Origin: an uncultured Saprospiraceae bacterium
GTDB lineage: Bacteria > Bacteroidota > Bacteroidia > Chitinophagales > Saprospiraceae
Direction: 5' to 3'
Length of the DNA stretch: 64,000 nucleotides
Assembly (NCBI GenBank): GCA_964525915.1
Contig: CAZGKN010000002.1
Location: 1,194-65,193, forward strand
The notes under the pieces are model-generated. The model was given only the letters and a program-made list of their open reading frames with translations. It did no database searches and was not told the DNA's origin. Made by a program: the position numbers and the translations under genes. Every line of letters starts with the position of its first letter. The stretch's first letter is position 1. Below, one piece after another: positions 1 to 12,487 of the stretch.

Positions 1-1375
1 CATATCGCATATTTACTTTCTGGGTATCGGAGGAATAGGTATGAGCGCCCTGGCACGATATTTTCATGCCAGAGGTGTGAAAGTGAGTGGTTATGACCGA
101 ACCCGAACACCACTTACCGAATCACTTGCTGCTATGGGTATTGATATCAACTATACTGATACACCGGATGACTTCCCTGAGGATGTGGGCCTGGTGATCT
201 ATACACCGGCAGTACCCGCTACATCGCAAAAAAGACAGATGATTGAGCATCAGGGAATACCCATGGCTAAACGTTCAGAAGTTTTGGGCTGGTTGAGTGA
301 GGAGCGACGCACCATAGCAGTCGCAGGTACACATGGTAAGACGACTACGACGGCTATTCTGAGTCATTTGCTTTATTCTTCCGGACAGCATATCATGGCA
401 TTTGTAGGAGGGATTATGGCTGGCTATGATTCGAATTATTTATATCATGGGGATCAGTTGATGGTGACTGAAGCCGATGAGTTTGATCGTTCATTCCTGC
501 GATTGGTACCGGATGTCGCTATTGTGCTGAGTATGGATCCCGACCACCTTGATATTTATGGTGGCGAAGCCGAGTTCGTACAGGGATTTAAAGAATTTAT
601 AGGCAAGATAAAGCATGGCGGCACATTGTTGCTCAATGGGAATCTGAGAAACCATTTCACTGACGTGGAATGGCAGGAATGTCGCAGAAATCTGTGTGTA
701 CGGACTTTTGGCTCTCCGAATGACGATATCTATTTTAGTAATCTTAGGATAGCTGAGTCCGGCCAAACTGTATTCGATTACCATTATGGTGAGGATATCA
801 TTTCTGGTATAAACTGGCAGATGCCCGGTAAGCACAATGCATCAAATGCAACTGCTGCTATTTATGTTTCTCGTTTACTTGGCTTGCGTAAGGATGAAAT
901 TCGTGAAAGCCTGAATAATTTCACAGGAATAAAAAGGCGATTCGAATATCTGGTTAATCAGACCGGAGCAGTAATGATTGATGATTATGCACATCATCCG
1001 ACTGAACTTAATGCAGCGATCAGTACAGTGAAGGAACTGTATCCGCATAGAAAAGTGACAGGAATCTTCCAGCCGCACTTGTATTCCCGTACACGTGATT
1101 TCGCGGGTGAGTTTGCCCGGGCATTAGACAAATTAGATATTCCGGTATTGACTGATATTTATCCGGCACGTGAATTACCGATTGAAGGTGTGAGTTCAGA
1201 ATTGATATTTTCCAGTATGGTCAATTCCAATAAAGTGCTTGTCCCTTATGATCAATTGGTTCAGTATGTTGATGAGCACAAGCCGGAAGTATTAATTACC
1301 CTTGGAGCTGGCGATATAGATCGACTATTGCCTGAAATGAAACAAATAATCGAAAAAAATAATAAAAATGGCTGA
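1..1375 (+). CDS. murC: UDP-N-acetylmuramate--L-alanine ligase MurC (5' end outside window)
   Basis: ORF 41..1375 stays open to the window edge. nt 2-40 translate to ISHIYFLGIGGIG, completing the Mur-ligase N-terminal GIGGxGMS motif. GTHGKTTT P-loop present. Precedes ftsQ-ftsA-ftsZ in dcw order. Confidence 0.93.
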   Translation, partial: ISHIYFLGIGGIGMSALARYFHARGVKVSGYDRTRTPLTESLAAMGIDINYTDTPDDFPEDVGLVIYTPAVPATSQKRQMIEHQGIPMAKRSEVLGWLSEERRTIAVAGTHGKTTTTAILSHLLYSSGQHIMAFVGGIMAGYDSNYLYHGDQLMVTEADEFDRSFLRLVPDVAIVLSMDPDHLDIYGGEAEFVQGFKEFIGKIKHGGTLLLNGNLRNHFTDVEWQECRRNLCVRTFGSPNDDIYFSNLRIAESGQTVFDYHYGEDIISGINWQMPGKHNASNATAAIYVSRLLGLRKDEIRESLNNFTGIKRRFEYLVNQTGAVMIDDYAHHPTELNAAISTVKELYPHRKVTGIFQPHLYSRTRDFAGEFARALDKLDIPVLTDIYPARELPIEGVSSELIFSSMVNSNKVLVPYDQLVQYVDEHKPEVLITLGAGDIDRLLPEMKQIIEKNNKNG

Positions 1376-2183
1376 TAATTCAAAGAATATTACGAAAGTA
1401 TGGCGTCCGGTTAAGCAGTTTTTATTGTTTGCAGTGACTGGTGTATTGATTTTTAGTCTGTACAGTGCTGCTGATGCAGGAATTGATGGACAAGTATCCA
1501 GAGTGATGGTCTATATCCAACCATTGGATGGAGACATCGTATTGGTGACTAAGCCAATCATTGCTTCAATCCTGAAGAATGATTATCGCAGTACTATTAA
1601 AGGCGCTTCAATTACTTCGTTGGATATGACTGCTATTGAAAGAATAATTGAAAAGAATAATTATGTAAAAGACGCCCAGGTGTATGTCGATGCAAGAAAT
1701 ACCATGCATATAAAGGTTTTTCAACGCAATCCAATCCTGCGTGTGATTTCTGCCAATGAGTCTTCATTTTACATTGACGAAGAAGGAAAGAAAATCCCAT
1801 TCAGAAGTGATGCAGTAATGCGACTGCCTGTACTTACGGGTGATCTGCCCTATTATAAATCAGCTATGGCTACAGATAAAAAATCAGTTTATTCAGATGT
1901 TTTGACACTGATGAAAGCGGTCGATCAGGATCCGTTTATGAAAGCATTGACTGAACAAATTGTGGTAGATCCTGAAGTGGGGCTTTGTATTTACCCGAAA
2001 TTGGGGCACCACAGAATAATTTTCGGTAATGCAGAAAGAGCAGAGCAGAAATTCAGAAAACTAGAGATATTTTACAAGCAAGCCATGCCAAAAGATGGCT
2101 GGAATGTATATAAAGAAATAAATCTGAAATATAAAGATCAGGTAATTGCTAAGAAGGAACCACTGGTGGTTTTGCAAAGCTAA
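1368..2183 (+). CDS. ftsQ: cell division protein FtsQ (POTRA domain)
   Basis: 271 aa with a single N-terminal TM helix followed by a soluble domain. 8-nt overlap with the murC stop. Canonical position between murC and ftsA. Confidence 0.8.
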   Translation: MADNSKNITKVWRPVKQFLLFAVTGVLIFSLYSAADAGIDGQVSRVMVYIQPLDGDIVLVTKPIIASILKNDYRSTIKGASITSLDMTAIERIIEKNNYVKDAQVYVDARNTMHIKVFQRNPILRVISANESSFYIDEEGKKIPFRSDAVMRLPVLTGDLPYYKSAMATDKKSVYSDVLTLMKAVDQDPFMKALTEQIVVDPEVGLCIYPKLGHHRIIFGNAERAEQKFRKLEIFYKQAMPKDGWNVYKEINLKYKDQVIAKKEPLVVLQS

Positions 2184-2279
2184 TTGCCCCTCAGGACTAA
2201 ACATTGAATCAAAGATAAAATCCTAATAAAACAGAATTTTTCGAAACTTAATTTTTTATCAAACTAAATCTTAAAGAAC

Positions 2280-3707
2280 ATGAACCATTCTACAACTTCA
2301 AGTGAAAGACCGATAGCCGTCGCCGTTGATATAGGTACGACTAAGGTATGCGCTTTAGCAGGTCGTCTGGATGATTACGGAAAGCTGGAAATACTGGCTA
2401 TATCCCGTGTCGAATCAGAAGGCATACTGCGTGGCGTAGTCAGTAACATTGAGAAAACGGTCAGTGCGATTGACCGGGCTATCCGTATCATCGAACAACG
2501 ATTAGGCAAGCGTGTCCACACTATCCATGTGGGTATAGCCGGCCAGCATGTGAAGAGCATGCAACATCGTGGCTCACGAATGAGGGAAAATGCCGAATTG
2601 GAAATTTCTCAGGACGATATCCAGAATCTGATCAATGACATGCATCGATTGCATCTGCCGGCCGGAGATAAGATTATTCACGTGATTCCACAGGAATATA
2701 CGATCGATAATGAGCCGGGAATCGTCGATCCGGTAGGCATGTCAGGTGTACGCCTCGAAGGCCAGTTTCACATCGTTACGGGTCAACTGATGGCGATTAA
2801 CAACATCCGTAGATGCATAGAGAAAGTCAATCTCCAATTGAGGGATCTTACGCTGGAACCATTGGCTTCAGGAGCATCGGTACTTAGTGATGAAGAAAAA
2901 GAAGCGGGTGTTGCTTTAGTCGATATCGGAGGGGGAACAACTGATCTGGCCATTTATTTTGAGAATGTGGCACGTCACATTGCAGTGATTCCTTTTGGTA
3001 GTAATTCGATTACAAAAGACATCAAGGAAGGCTGTCATGTGATGCAAAATCAGGCAGAAAAGATGAAAGTCAAATTTGGTCATGCCATTGCCAGAGAAGT
3101 ACGGGATGATAAGATTATTACCATTCCTGGTTTGAAAGGCAGGGATAATAAGGAAATCAGCCAGCGCAATCTGTCCCTGATCATTCAGGCCCGTATCGAA
3201 GAGATCTTTGATTATATCATGTGGGAGATCAAGAAATCAGGCTATGAAAATAAGTTGACAGGTGGCATAGTTGTTACCGGTGGCGGATCAATGATGAGAG
3301 ACATCGAGAAACTAATCAGTTATCATACCGGATTCAGTGCACGCAGAGGATTACCTACTGAGCATCTGGCACATGGCTACCATGAGAGTATTGCCGATCC
3401 GGCTTATGCAACTGTATTGGGACTGCTCTATAGTGCAGCTTCAGTGATCAGAGAATCTGAAGTAGAGAATGTAGCGCCACGGGTCAGACAAGCAGAGGTA
3501 GAGGTAGAGATCGTGAATCAGGAAGTAAGTACGCATGCATATACCGAACGCAGACAAAGTGGTCGTCATGCTTCCCCTGAGCGAGAAGTAGAATCAAGTG
3601 TGCCTGAAGTGCCTGTCAATAATGAGCCTAAAGAGTCTCTGATGAATCGCATTTTGTCAAAAGCAAGGGAATATTTCGAAGCTGCTGATGACGATGATTT
3701 GAAATAA
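2280..3707 (+). CDS. ftsA: cell division protein FtsA
   Basis: Actin-like ATPase motifs DIGTTKV and VDIGGGTTD. Lies directly upstream of ftsZ. Confidence 0.93.
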   Translation: MNHSTTSSERPIAVAVDIGTTKVCALAGRLDDYGKLEILAISRVESEGILRGVVSNIEKTVSAIDRAIRIIEQRLGKRVHTIHVGIAGQHVKSMQHRGSRMRENAELEISQDDIQNLINDMHRLHLPAGDKIIHVIPQEYTIDNEPGIVDPVGMSGVRLEGQFHIVTGQLMAINNIRRCIEKVNLQLRDLTLEPLASGASVLSDEEKEAGVALVDIGGGTTDLAIYFENVARHIAVIPFGSNSITKDIKEGCHVMQNQAEKMKVKFGHAIAREVRDDKIITIPGLKGRDNKEISQRNLSLIIQARIEEIFDYIMWEIKKSGYENKLTGGIVVTGGGSMMRDIEKLISYHTGFSARRGLPTEHLAHGYHESIADPAYATVLGLLYSAASVIRESEVENVAPRVRQAEVEVEIVNQEVSTHAYTERRQSGRHASPEREVESSVPEVPVNNEPKESLMNRILSKAREYFEAADDDDLK

Positions 3708-3744
3708 TTAAAATAAACTTAGTTCAAAATAAAAAATTACAACC

Positions 3745-5169
3745 ATGCCAAAACTAGAATTTGATTTACCAAAACCCGATCAGTCCATCATCAAGGTGAT
3801 CGGTGTAGGCGGCGGAGGAGGAAATGCCGTCAATCACATGTACAATGAAGGTATCATTGGTGTCAATTTTGCAATATGCAATACAGATAATCAGGCGCTG
3901 GACAATAGTCCCGTACCTACTAAAATACAATTAGGTCCAGGACTTACGGAAGGCTGTGGCGCTGGCTCCAAGCCGGAAGTGGGCAAGCATGCCTGTCTGG
4001 AGTCAATCGAAGATATCCAGATGTTTCTTAGTCAGGGAACCAAAATGCTTTTTGTCACAGCAGGAATGGGCGGTGGCACCGGTACAGGTGCTGCGCCAAT
4101 CATTGCGAAGACTGCAAAAGAGATGGGGATTCTGACCGTAGGTATTGTGACTCTTCCCTTTACTTTCGAAGGTCGGGTGCGTCAGCGTCATGCTCAGGAA
4201 GGTATCGAGGAAATGAAGCGCAATGTGGATTCACTTATCATTATCTCCAATGATAAGTTGCGCGAGATCCACGGTGACCTGGCTGTATCCGTGGCATTTG
4301 GCCATGCGGACAATATTCTGACTACGGCAGCCAGAGGTATCGCTGAGATCATCACAGTAGCCGGTTATATCAATGTCGATTTCGAAGATGTCAATACCGT
4401 CATGCGCGATAGCGGTGTAGCAATCATGGGAAGTGCGCTATCTGAAGGTGAAGATCGTGCCCGCAGAGCCGTAGATGCAGCGCTCAACTCACCTCTACTG
4501 GAGGATAACAGCATCAAGGGAGCACAGAATATCCTGCTAAATATCACTTCCGGTAAGAAAGAAGTTACGATGGATGAGATCTATGAGATTAATGAATTCG
4601 TACAGGAAGAGGCAGGTATGAACTGCAATATCATCTGGGGTAATTGCTATGATGAAAGTCTGGGAGAAAAAATCTCAGTAACAATCATCGCCAGCGGATT
4701 CGATCAAAGACGTAAAAATATTTCCGGGGGTAATGCACAACCCAATGTGGTTTCACTGGAAGATGACTATATTTCCCGTGAGAAAGTTATCGCCGGCAAA
4801 TCAATTGAATCTCTGGAGACACAATACGATCAGACCAGCCTGGATCTGCGCATTGCAAGTGAGAAGTATAGCGAAACACAGTTTTCTGAACCGTTTATCA
4901 ATAGTAATCCACAGCAGGATAGCCGCAAGGCAAGGTTAGAGCCAGCGTATGCAAATTCTGACTATCGCAGACAGGTAGCTAATGTCAGGCTTTCTAATCC
5001 GCAGACTTTGGCCGAACTGGAGAATATCCCCGCTTATGTACGTAGAAAGGTGGTGTTGGAGGATGTTCCGCATTCCAGTGAAGTCCAGACGTCAAGATGG
5101 ACGATCAATCAGGATGATGAACTCATCATGCGCAATGATAATCCATTTCTGCGCGGACTGGAAGACTGA
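3745..5169 (+). CDS. ftsZ: cell division GTPase FtsZ
   Basis: IKVIGVGGGGGNAVNHM and the tubulin signature GGGTGTGAAP. Long low-complexity C-terminal linker. Confidence 0.97.
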   Translation: MPKLEFDLPKPDQSIIKVIGVGGGGGNAVNHMYNEGIIGVNFAICNTDNQALDNSPVPTKIQLGPGLTEGCGAGSKPEVGKHACLESIEDIQMFLSQGTKMLFVTAGMGGGTGTGAAPIIAKTAKEMGILTVGIVTLPFTFEGRVRQRHAQEGIEEMKRNVDSLIIISNDKLREIHGDLAVSVAFGHADNILTTAARGIAEIITVAGYINVDFEDVNTVMRDSGVAIMGSALSEGEDRARRAVDAALNSPLLEDNSIKGAQNILLNITSGKKEVTMDEIYEINEFVQEEAGMNCNIIWGNCYDESLGEKISVTIIASGFDQRRKNISGGNAQPNVVSLEDDYISREKVIAGKSIESLETQYDQTSLDLRIASEKYSETQFSEPFINSNPQQDSRKARLEPAYANSDYRRQVANVRLSNPQTLAELENIPAYVRRKVVLEDVPHSSEVQTSRWTINQDDELIMRNDNPFLRGLED

Positions 5170-5333
5170 TAGTTTTTGAGTTCTGCTGTAGTACACTAAT
5201 TACCGCTTAAATACCTGATTATCTCATTTTAATTCAGGTAAATGGCTTCAGATTTATTTGGGCTGAATGCTCAGGTGAGTGTGCTATGTCTTAAATAAAA
5301 TATTTTTGTTCTAATTAGGTTTATAGTTCTTTG

Positions 5334-5364
5334 GCAGCCCTGCTCAGGGCTGCATTTTTATTTT
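5334..5364 (+). terminator. Rho-independent terminator-like hairpin downstream of ftsZ
   Basis: Stem gcagccct / agggctgc with 4-nt loop, followed by atttttatttt. Confidence 0.55.
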
Positions 5365-5402
5365 CTATTCTTTATATTTAGACTTTATTAAACTAATAAA
5401 GA

Positions 5403-6832
<1,430 letters not shown>

Positions 6833-6877
6833 TCCCATCCTAGTACTCTATTCCAAATTTAGAGATTCAGTATTTTA

Positions 6878-7864
6878 TTACTTTACTGACCACTTTACAA
6901 GGATACTTCCCCAGGTAAACCCACCACCAAAAGCAGTGAGAATGATATTATCGCCATACTTTAACTTATCCTCCCATTCCCACAGACAGAGTGGGATAGT
7001 GGCGGAAGTGGTATTGCCATATTTCTGAATATTGATCATTACTTTCTCAATCGGAAAGTCAAGCATATCTGCTACTGAGGTGATGATGCGCATATTGGCC
7101 TGATGGGGCACCAACCACTTGATTTGATCTGTCGGGAGATTATTTCGTTCTGCGACTTCTTTGATCGTACTTACCATACCATTTACAGCATACTTGAATA
7201 CATGCTTACCTTCCTGATATACGAAATGCTCTCTGGCGGTCACTGTTTCTATACTGGCTGGCTTAAGCGAGCCTCCGGCTTTCATCTGGAGATAATGTCT
7301 GCCATTGCCATCAGAGCGAAGAATAGAATCTATAATTCCTGTGCCATCATCTACCGGTTCCAATAAGACCGCCCCGGCGCCATCTCCAAATAAAATACAG
7401 GTCGCCCGGTCAGTATAATCGACGATGGAGGACATGACATCCACACCTACTACGATCACTTTCTTGTACGTACCGGCTTCAATAAATTTTGATGCCGTAG
7501 TCAGTGAATACAAGAAACCGGAGCAGGCTGCATTGATGTCAAATCCAAAAGCATTCTTTGCTCCGATCTTATCGAGTATCGTATTGGCTGTATCCGGAAA
7601 TACATAGTCACCGGTTACTGTCCCTACGATCATGAGGTCAATGTCAGATGGATCAACCCCCGTTTTTTTGAGCAGGCCTTGTACTGCCGGAACAGCGAGA
7701 TCACTGGCACCTTTACCGGGTTCATCGAAGATTCGCCGCTCGCGTATTCCTGTTCTGGAGACGATCCATTCATCATTGGTGTCCACCATTTTCTCCAGAT
7801 CAGCATTGGAGAGGATTTTATCGGGCACATGTCCATGTACTCCGGTTATTCCTGCTTTTATCAT
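6878..7864 (-). CDS. fabH: 3-oxoacyl-ACP synthase III (KAS III)
   Basis: N-terminal VSRTGIRERR, active-site Cys context NAACSGF, VPHQANMRI and GNTTSATIP motifs. 328 aa. Confidence 0.92.
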   Translation of the reverse strand: MIKAGITGVHGHVPDKILSNADLEKMVDTNDEWIVSRTGIRERRIFDEPGKGASDLAVPAVQGLLKKTGVDPSDIDLMIVGTVTGDYVFPDTANTILDKIGAKNAFGFDINAACSGFLYSLTTASKFIEAGTYKKVIVVGVDVMSSIVDYTDRATCILFGDGAGAVLLEPVDDGTGIIDSILRSDGNGRHYLQMKAGGSLKPASIETVTAREHFVYQEGKHVFKYAVNGMVSTIKEVAERNNLPTDQIKWLVPHQANMRIITSVADMLDFPIEKVMINIQKYGNTTSATIPLCLWEWEDKLKYGDNIILTAFGGGFTWGSILVKWSVK

Positions 7865-7928
7865 TGGTAAGGTTAATTAATGTGAAGGTAGTAATTTTTT
7901 AAACTTTTGTAAATGTAAGTACATACGA

Positions 7929-10445
7929 TTAAAATTCCATCCTTATTTTAAGATTGATACGTCTGGAGGTCAATGTACTGGGAAATGCATAAGCGATATT
8001 ATTAAAATCCTTTACCCAGTTGTAATTAGCCACGTTTCTCGCATCCAGTAGATTGAATACTTCCAGATTGAGCCAGGTATTTTTCGTAAATCGCAGGATG
8101 TGATGCGGTTGCTTATCCTTTCTCGACTGATCCCATATCAGATAAGAAAATCCGATATCCACTCGTTGATAGTCTTTAAATCTAAGTGGGTTTCGTTGGA
8201 CATAATTTTCCCAGGGCACTCCATAAGGGTAACCTGTGCCATACGAAATCTGAAGGTGCACCTGAAAGTTTTTATTTTGAGGCAAATAGTCCTGAAAATA
8301 CAGTGCAGCCTGGAAAAACTGATCAGTCGGTCTCGGGACATCATTGACCGGCTGTCGCTTTAGATCTAGATGCTGTACGCCATCCAGCTTCTCACGGGTT
8401 CGCAAAAATGATACATTGAGCCAACTTTCAAAGCCATTGACAAATTCACCATTCAGACGCATATCCAATCCGGTAGCATAACCTGTCGCATTATTTTCGC
8501 CCAGATAACTCACTCGTACATTATCTACATTGTAGGGGATCAAATCCCACATTGATTTGTAATAGGCTTCTGCGATAAACCGTAAGCGGACCGGTTCCCT
8601 TTTCCCTGCTTCGAAGTCATAGGTGATGCCGGTAATGCCCTGGATTGATTTTTGGCTTTTTATATCGTAATTCAGTGTACCATCCGGGCGTCGCATCTCT
8701 CTGTAAAATGGCGGTTGCTGATATACACCCCCGGCTAATTTCAGCGTTAATGGATTGTGCCTGCCTAGCGGTTGAAATAATAATTGAGCTCTGGGGGACC
8801 AGATAAATTCATTATTGAATGTCCAATAGCCTGCCCTCATGCCCACTGTTGCCTGGATTTCGTATTTATTTTTCTTTTTATAGGTATAGGTTTCCTGGAC
8901 AAAGGCAGTCATTCGGTGTGACTGAATATCATTCGTAGATTTTAACACACTGGCTAAAAAATACTGATCTTCATCATAGGGCAATGAGTATCCCACACTA
9001 TCTGTCCGATACCATTCATTAAGCTGATCTAAAAAATGTTCATTCTGATATTTGATCCCGCCATAGATAAAATGTGAGCTTTCGTGGTTCTCAGAGAAAT
9101 GTGGAAACTCAATTCCTGATTTCACCTCCGCATTATACACCAGATTTTGAAGTGAATTCCGTGCGAAATTATGTTGTGTACCACCTCCGAGTGTGGCTAT
9201 ATCTTTTGTGCCGCCTTTGTCAAAATCAGGTTCTGTAACCTTGATCTCAAATTGAGACAGAATATCATAAGATTCCCGTTCATCAGAATGATATGCAGAG
9301 GAAAGAAATTTGACAAATGCCGGTGATGACTTACTGTCTGAAATCCATGAAAGTGAAATGCCCCCCATTGAATTGAGGAATTTATCTCGTTCCTGGCCCT
9401 GGTACTCCGCATCCAGCCGAAGTGTTGACAAGAAAGTCCCGGTAGGTGTCTCACTCGAGTTGGGGACATAATTGTATTTCGACAGGTTATAGTTTCCGAT
9501 CAGTGCCAATTGAAGTTGCTTGGAGAAATCATAAGTGACATACCCCTGTATATCTGCGAAATTGGGCAAATACTCACCTTTGACCTCCAGTGAATTGAGA
9601 AGATATTGGGTGGTCTTGTATCTGGCCCCAACCAGAAAACGGACCTTTCCGGGTGCATTCTTTCCGGGGAAAAAACTCCCCTCAGCATGAGCAGATGCGC
9701 CTAACAGGCTTGCCATGAATGATCCCTTGAATTGTTCAGGACGCTTATATTTAATATCAAGCACTGAAGACATTTTATCACCGTACTTTGCTTCAAACCC
9801 ACCACTGGAGAATGAAAGTTCACGGATCAGGTCCTGATTTGGAAATGAAAGCCCTTCCTGTTGACCTGCACGGATTAATTGCGAACGAAATATCTCAAAA
9901 CCATTGACATACACCAGGTTTTCATCATAGTTTCCACCGCGTACATTATACTGTGAGGTAAGCTCACCTCCTGTACCGCCAGAGGTTCCTAGTGCGATCG
10001 AAGGCAACAGACTTTCGATATTACCCGAGACAGATGGAAGTAATTTAAACTCTTCGACATTTGCCCGGACCATATTCTTGTCACCTATACTCTCGGCGGT
10101 AATCACGACGGATAAACCCGCATCTTTGGTCGTCAATGCGATAGAGATATTGCGTACTTCACCGGGATTCATAGCCTTCACTGTGACTTCGCTCTTGTCA
10201 AAACCGACACGCTGAATGATTATTGTTAGTTCTTTTTGTGCCGGGACACGGAGCTGGAAATGACCTTTTGAATCTGATTCAACAGCGATTTTTTCATTTT
10301 TTTCATAGATGAGTGCGCCTTCTACCGGTTCGTTATTCTGGCTTTCTTTGATCTCACCGAGGATGGTACCATGTGCTGATTGTGCTGCCAGGGATGAGCA
10401 GAGACAAAGTGAAAATAAAAAGACAAGGAATTGTACCTTCATCAA
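7929..10445 (-). CDS. TonB-dependent receptor-like outer-membrane protein with carboxypeptidase-regulatory-like N-domain
   Basis: Signal peptide, then an Ig-like N-domain (GTILGEI..EPVEGALI), a plug-like region and a long beta-rich body ending in a terminal aromatic (..IRMEF). Confidence 0.78.
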   Translation of the reverse strand: MMKVQFLVFLFSLCLCSSLAAQSAHGTILGEIKESQNNEPVEGALIYEKNEKIAVESDSKGHFQLRVPAQKELTIIIQRVGFDKSEVTVKAMNPGEVRNISIALTTKDAGLSVVITAESIGDKNMVRANVEEFKLLPSVSGNIESLLPSIALGTSGGTGGELTSQYNVRGGNYDENLVYVNGFEIFRSQLIRAGQQEGLSFPNQDLIRELSFSSGGFEAKYGDKMSSVLDIKYKRPEQFKGSFMASLLGASAHAEGSFFPGKNAPGKVRFLVGARYKTTQYLLNSLEVKGEYLPNFADIQGYVTYDFSKQLQLALIGNYNLSKYNYVPNSSETPTGTFLSTLRLDAEYQGQERDKFLNSMGGISLSWISDSKSSPAFVKFLSSAYHSDERESYDILSQFEIKVTEPDFDKGGTKDIATLGGGTQHNFARNSLQNLVYNAEVKSGIEFPHFSENHESSHFIYGGIKYQNEHFLDQLNEWYRTDSVGYSLPYDEDQYFLASVLKSTNDIQSHRMTAFVQETYTYKKKNKYEIQATVGMRAGYWTFNNEFIWSPRAQLLFQPLGRHNPLTLKLAGGVYQQPPFYREMRRPDGTLNYDIKSQKSIQGITGITYDFEAGKREPVRLRFIAEAYYKSMWDLIPYNVDNVRVSYLGENNATGYATGLDMRLNGEFVNGFESWLNVSFLRTREKLDGVQHLDLKRQPVNDVPRPTDQFFQAALYFQDYLPQNKNFQVHLQISYGTGYPYGVPWENYVQRNPLRFKDYQRVDIGFSYLIWDQSRKDKQPHHILRFTKNTWLNLEVFNLLDARNVANYNWVKDFNNIAYAFPSTLTSRRINLKIRMEF

Positions 10446-10491
10446 CAGCTAATTAAATCAGGACGCAAAGGTATCATTTTACTTCAGTATG

Positions 10492-11187
10492 TCAATTGGA
10501 TAAATCTGCAGCCATAAAAGGATGTGCTGATTTCCTTAATTCTGCAATGGTAGCCGTTGGATTTGCTGATTTGAATACACTGGATCCCGCAACTAATATG
10601 TCCGCACCGTTTTCAAAAAGTCTGCGGGCATTTTCCTGAGTCACACCACCATCTACTTCTATGAGGGCCGATGAACCTGTATCCCGGATCAGTTGTTTTA
10701 GTTCACTGAGCTTTTGAAAAGAATGTGGAATAAATTTCTGACCACCAAATCCCGGATTTACAGACATAAGAATCACTATATCTAAATCCCGGATTACATC
10801 GGCTAATAAAGCAACAGGTGTATGGGGGTTGATGGCAACTCCGGCCTGAGCTCCTACATTTTTGATCTGATGAATAGTGCGGTTGAGGTGGGTACAGGCT
10901 TCATAGTGCACACTGATATGATCCGCTCCGAGAGATCTGAACTCTTCGATATATTTCTCGGGTTGTACGATCATCAGATGGACATCCAGTGGCTTTTGTG
11001 CGACCTGATTTATTGCTTCTACTAATGGAAAGCCGAAAGAAATATTCGGCACGAAGACACCATCCATGACATCAATATGAAACCAATCAGCATCACTGCT
11101 GTTGACCATCCGGATTTCATCTTCCAGATGCAGGAAATTTGCGGATAATATGGAGGGCGCTATGTATCCCCGTATTTTTTCTTTCAT
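10492..11187 (-). CDS. rpe: ribulose-phosphate 3-epimerase
   Basis: IAPSILSANF, HIDVMDG.FVPN, MSVNPGFGGQKF and VDGGV motifs. 231 aa. Confidence 0.93.
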   Translation of the reverse strand: MKEKIRGYIAPSILSANFLHLEDEIRMVNSSDADWFHIDVMDGVFVPNISFGFPLVEAINQVAQKPLDVHLMIVQPEKYIEEFRSLGADHISVHYEACTHLNRTIHQIKNVGAQAGVAINPHTPVALLADVIRDLDIVILMSVNPGFGGQKFIPHSFQKLSELKQLIRDTGSSALIEVDGGVTQENARRLFENGADILVAGSSVFKSANPTATIAELRKSAHPFMAADLSN

Positions 11188-11312
11188 TTCTGATGTGAAG
11201 GTATATAAAATTATTAGCTTTTACTAAGCCATTCCTTTGTATAAGAAATTAAATTGTGTCTATATACAATAGACGTTTTATAAAGAAGTATGAAAAAGCA
11301 CTATTTGTACCC

Positions 11313-11320
11313 TATCTTTG
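11313..11320 (+). promoter_or_regulatory. candidate Bacteroidota sigma-A -7 box (TATCTTTG) upstream of surE
   Basis: Exact match to TAnnTTTG, 89 nt upstream of the surE ATG in a divergent intergenic region. Confidence 0.3.
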
Positions 11321-11408
11321 TGCGCTTGATTTTGGAGATATTTGATACTAGATTGGTCAGAGGATCTCCGGACAAATAATATTTTGATTAATTGAAGAAA
11401 AATAAAAT

Positions 11409-12176
11409 ATGAGTAATCCACTCATTTTAGTCACTAATGATGATGGTATCACGGCACAGGGTATAGCCGCATTGATTGAAGTAGCCTCTGAATTTGGAGA
11501 GGTACTGGTTGTAGCTCCGGATAGCCCGCAGTCAGCAAAGGGCCATGCCATTACTATTTCTAATCCACTCCGCCTGAATCGGACTGGTATCTATGGTGAT
11601 ATCGCAGCGTATGAATGTAATGGAACACCGGTTGACTGTGTCAAGCTGGCAAAGCATGTACTGGTGAAGCGCGAAATTGACCTCTGTGTAAGTGGTATAA
11701 ATCACGGGAGTAATGCCAGTATCAATATCATCTATTCCGGTACCATGAGTGCGGCGATGGAGGCATCCTTAGAAGGAACTAATTCGATTGGTTTTTCGCT
11801 TTGTAATTTTTCACATGCGGCTGATATGAGTCTGGCAAGGAAAGTAGCCAGATCGATTATATCCCGTTCATTGAGTAAAGGTTTCCCGGGGAATGCACGT
11901 TTGCTCAATGTCAATATTCCGGATGTAAGTATAGAAGATTGCCGGGGAATACGGGTTTGCCGACAGGCAAATGCAAATTGGGAAGAGAACTTCCAGGTAG
12001 GACTGGACCCCCGCAAACAAGAATATTACTGGCTTACCGGTGATTTTGTCAACTATGATCAGGGTACGGATACTGATTTGTATGCCTTAGATCATAATTA
12101 TGTCTCAGTGGTGCCTTCGATGCATGACCTGACTTATCATCAGTATATTAATGAATTTAAATTTCTGGAGGACTGA
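11409..12176 (+). CDS. surE: 5'/3'-nucleotidase SurE
   Basis: N-terminal ILVTNDDGI, GINHGSN and YSGTMSAAMEA motifs. Confidence 0.93.
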   Translation: MSNPLILVTNDDGITAQGIAALIEVASEFGEVLVVAPDSPQSAKGHAITISNPLRLNRTGIYGDIAAYECNGTPVDCVKLAKHVLVKREIDLCVSGINHGSNASINIIYSGTMSAAMEASLEGTNSIGFSLCNFSHAADMSLARKVARSIISRSLSKGFPGNARLLNVNIPDVSIEDCRGIRVCRQANANWEENFQVGLDPRKQEYYWLTGDFVNYDQGTDTDLYALDHNYVSVVPSMHDLTYHQYINEFKFLED

Positions 12177-12178
12177 GC

Positions 12179-12487
12179 ATGTGGGGTAGAGATAGTGTGG
12201 TCAGTGGTATCCTATTAGGCATAATTTTTCCTTTAGTCGGATATGGTATTCTGTGGCTCTTTTTTTATGCACTGTTATATGGTGGTGTATTGCCTGAAGA
12301 ATATATTCATTCGATGCGGGCAGGCAGGACGATTATGGTATTGGCTATCTGCTGCAATATCATTCCATTGCAAGTATTCAAGCGCAGACGGCAGGATAAT
12401 TCGATCAGAGGGATAGCGTTTCCGACGATTCTTTTTGTTATTGTGTGGTTTATCGTGTATGGTAGCCAGCTATTCCAGTCGATTTGA
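12179..12487 (+). CDS. small integral membrane protein (3 predicted TM helices)
   Basis: ATG lies 2 nt after the surE stop and the stop overlaps the lpxB start. Hydrophobic throughout. Packed inside the surE-lpxB operon. Confidence 0.5.
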   Translation: MWGRDSVVSGILLGIIFPLVGYGILWLFFYALLYGGVLPEEYIHSMRAGRTIMVLAICCNIIPLQVFKRRRQDNSIRGIAFPTILFVIVWFIVYGSQLFQSI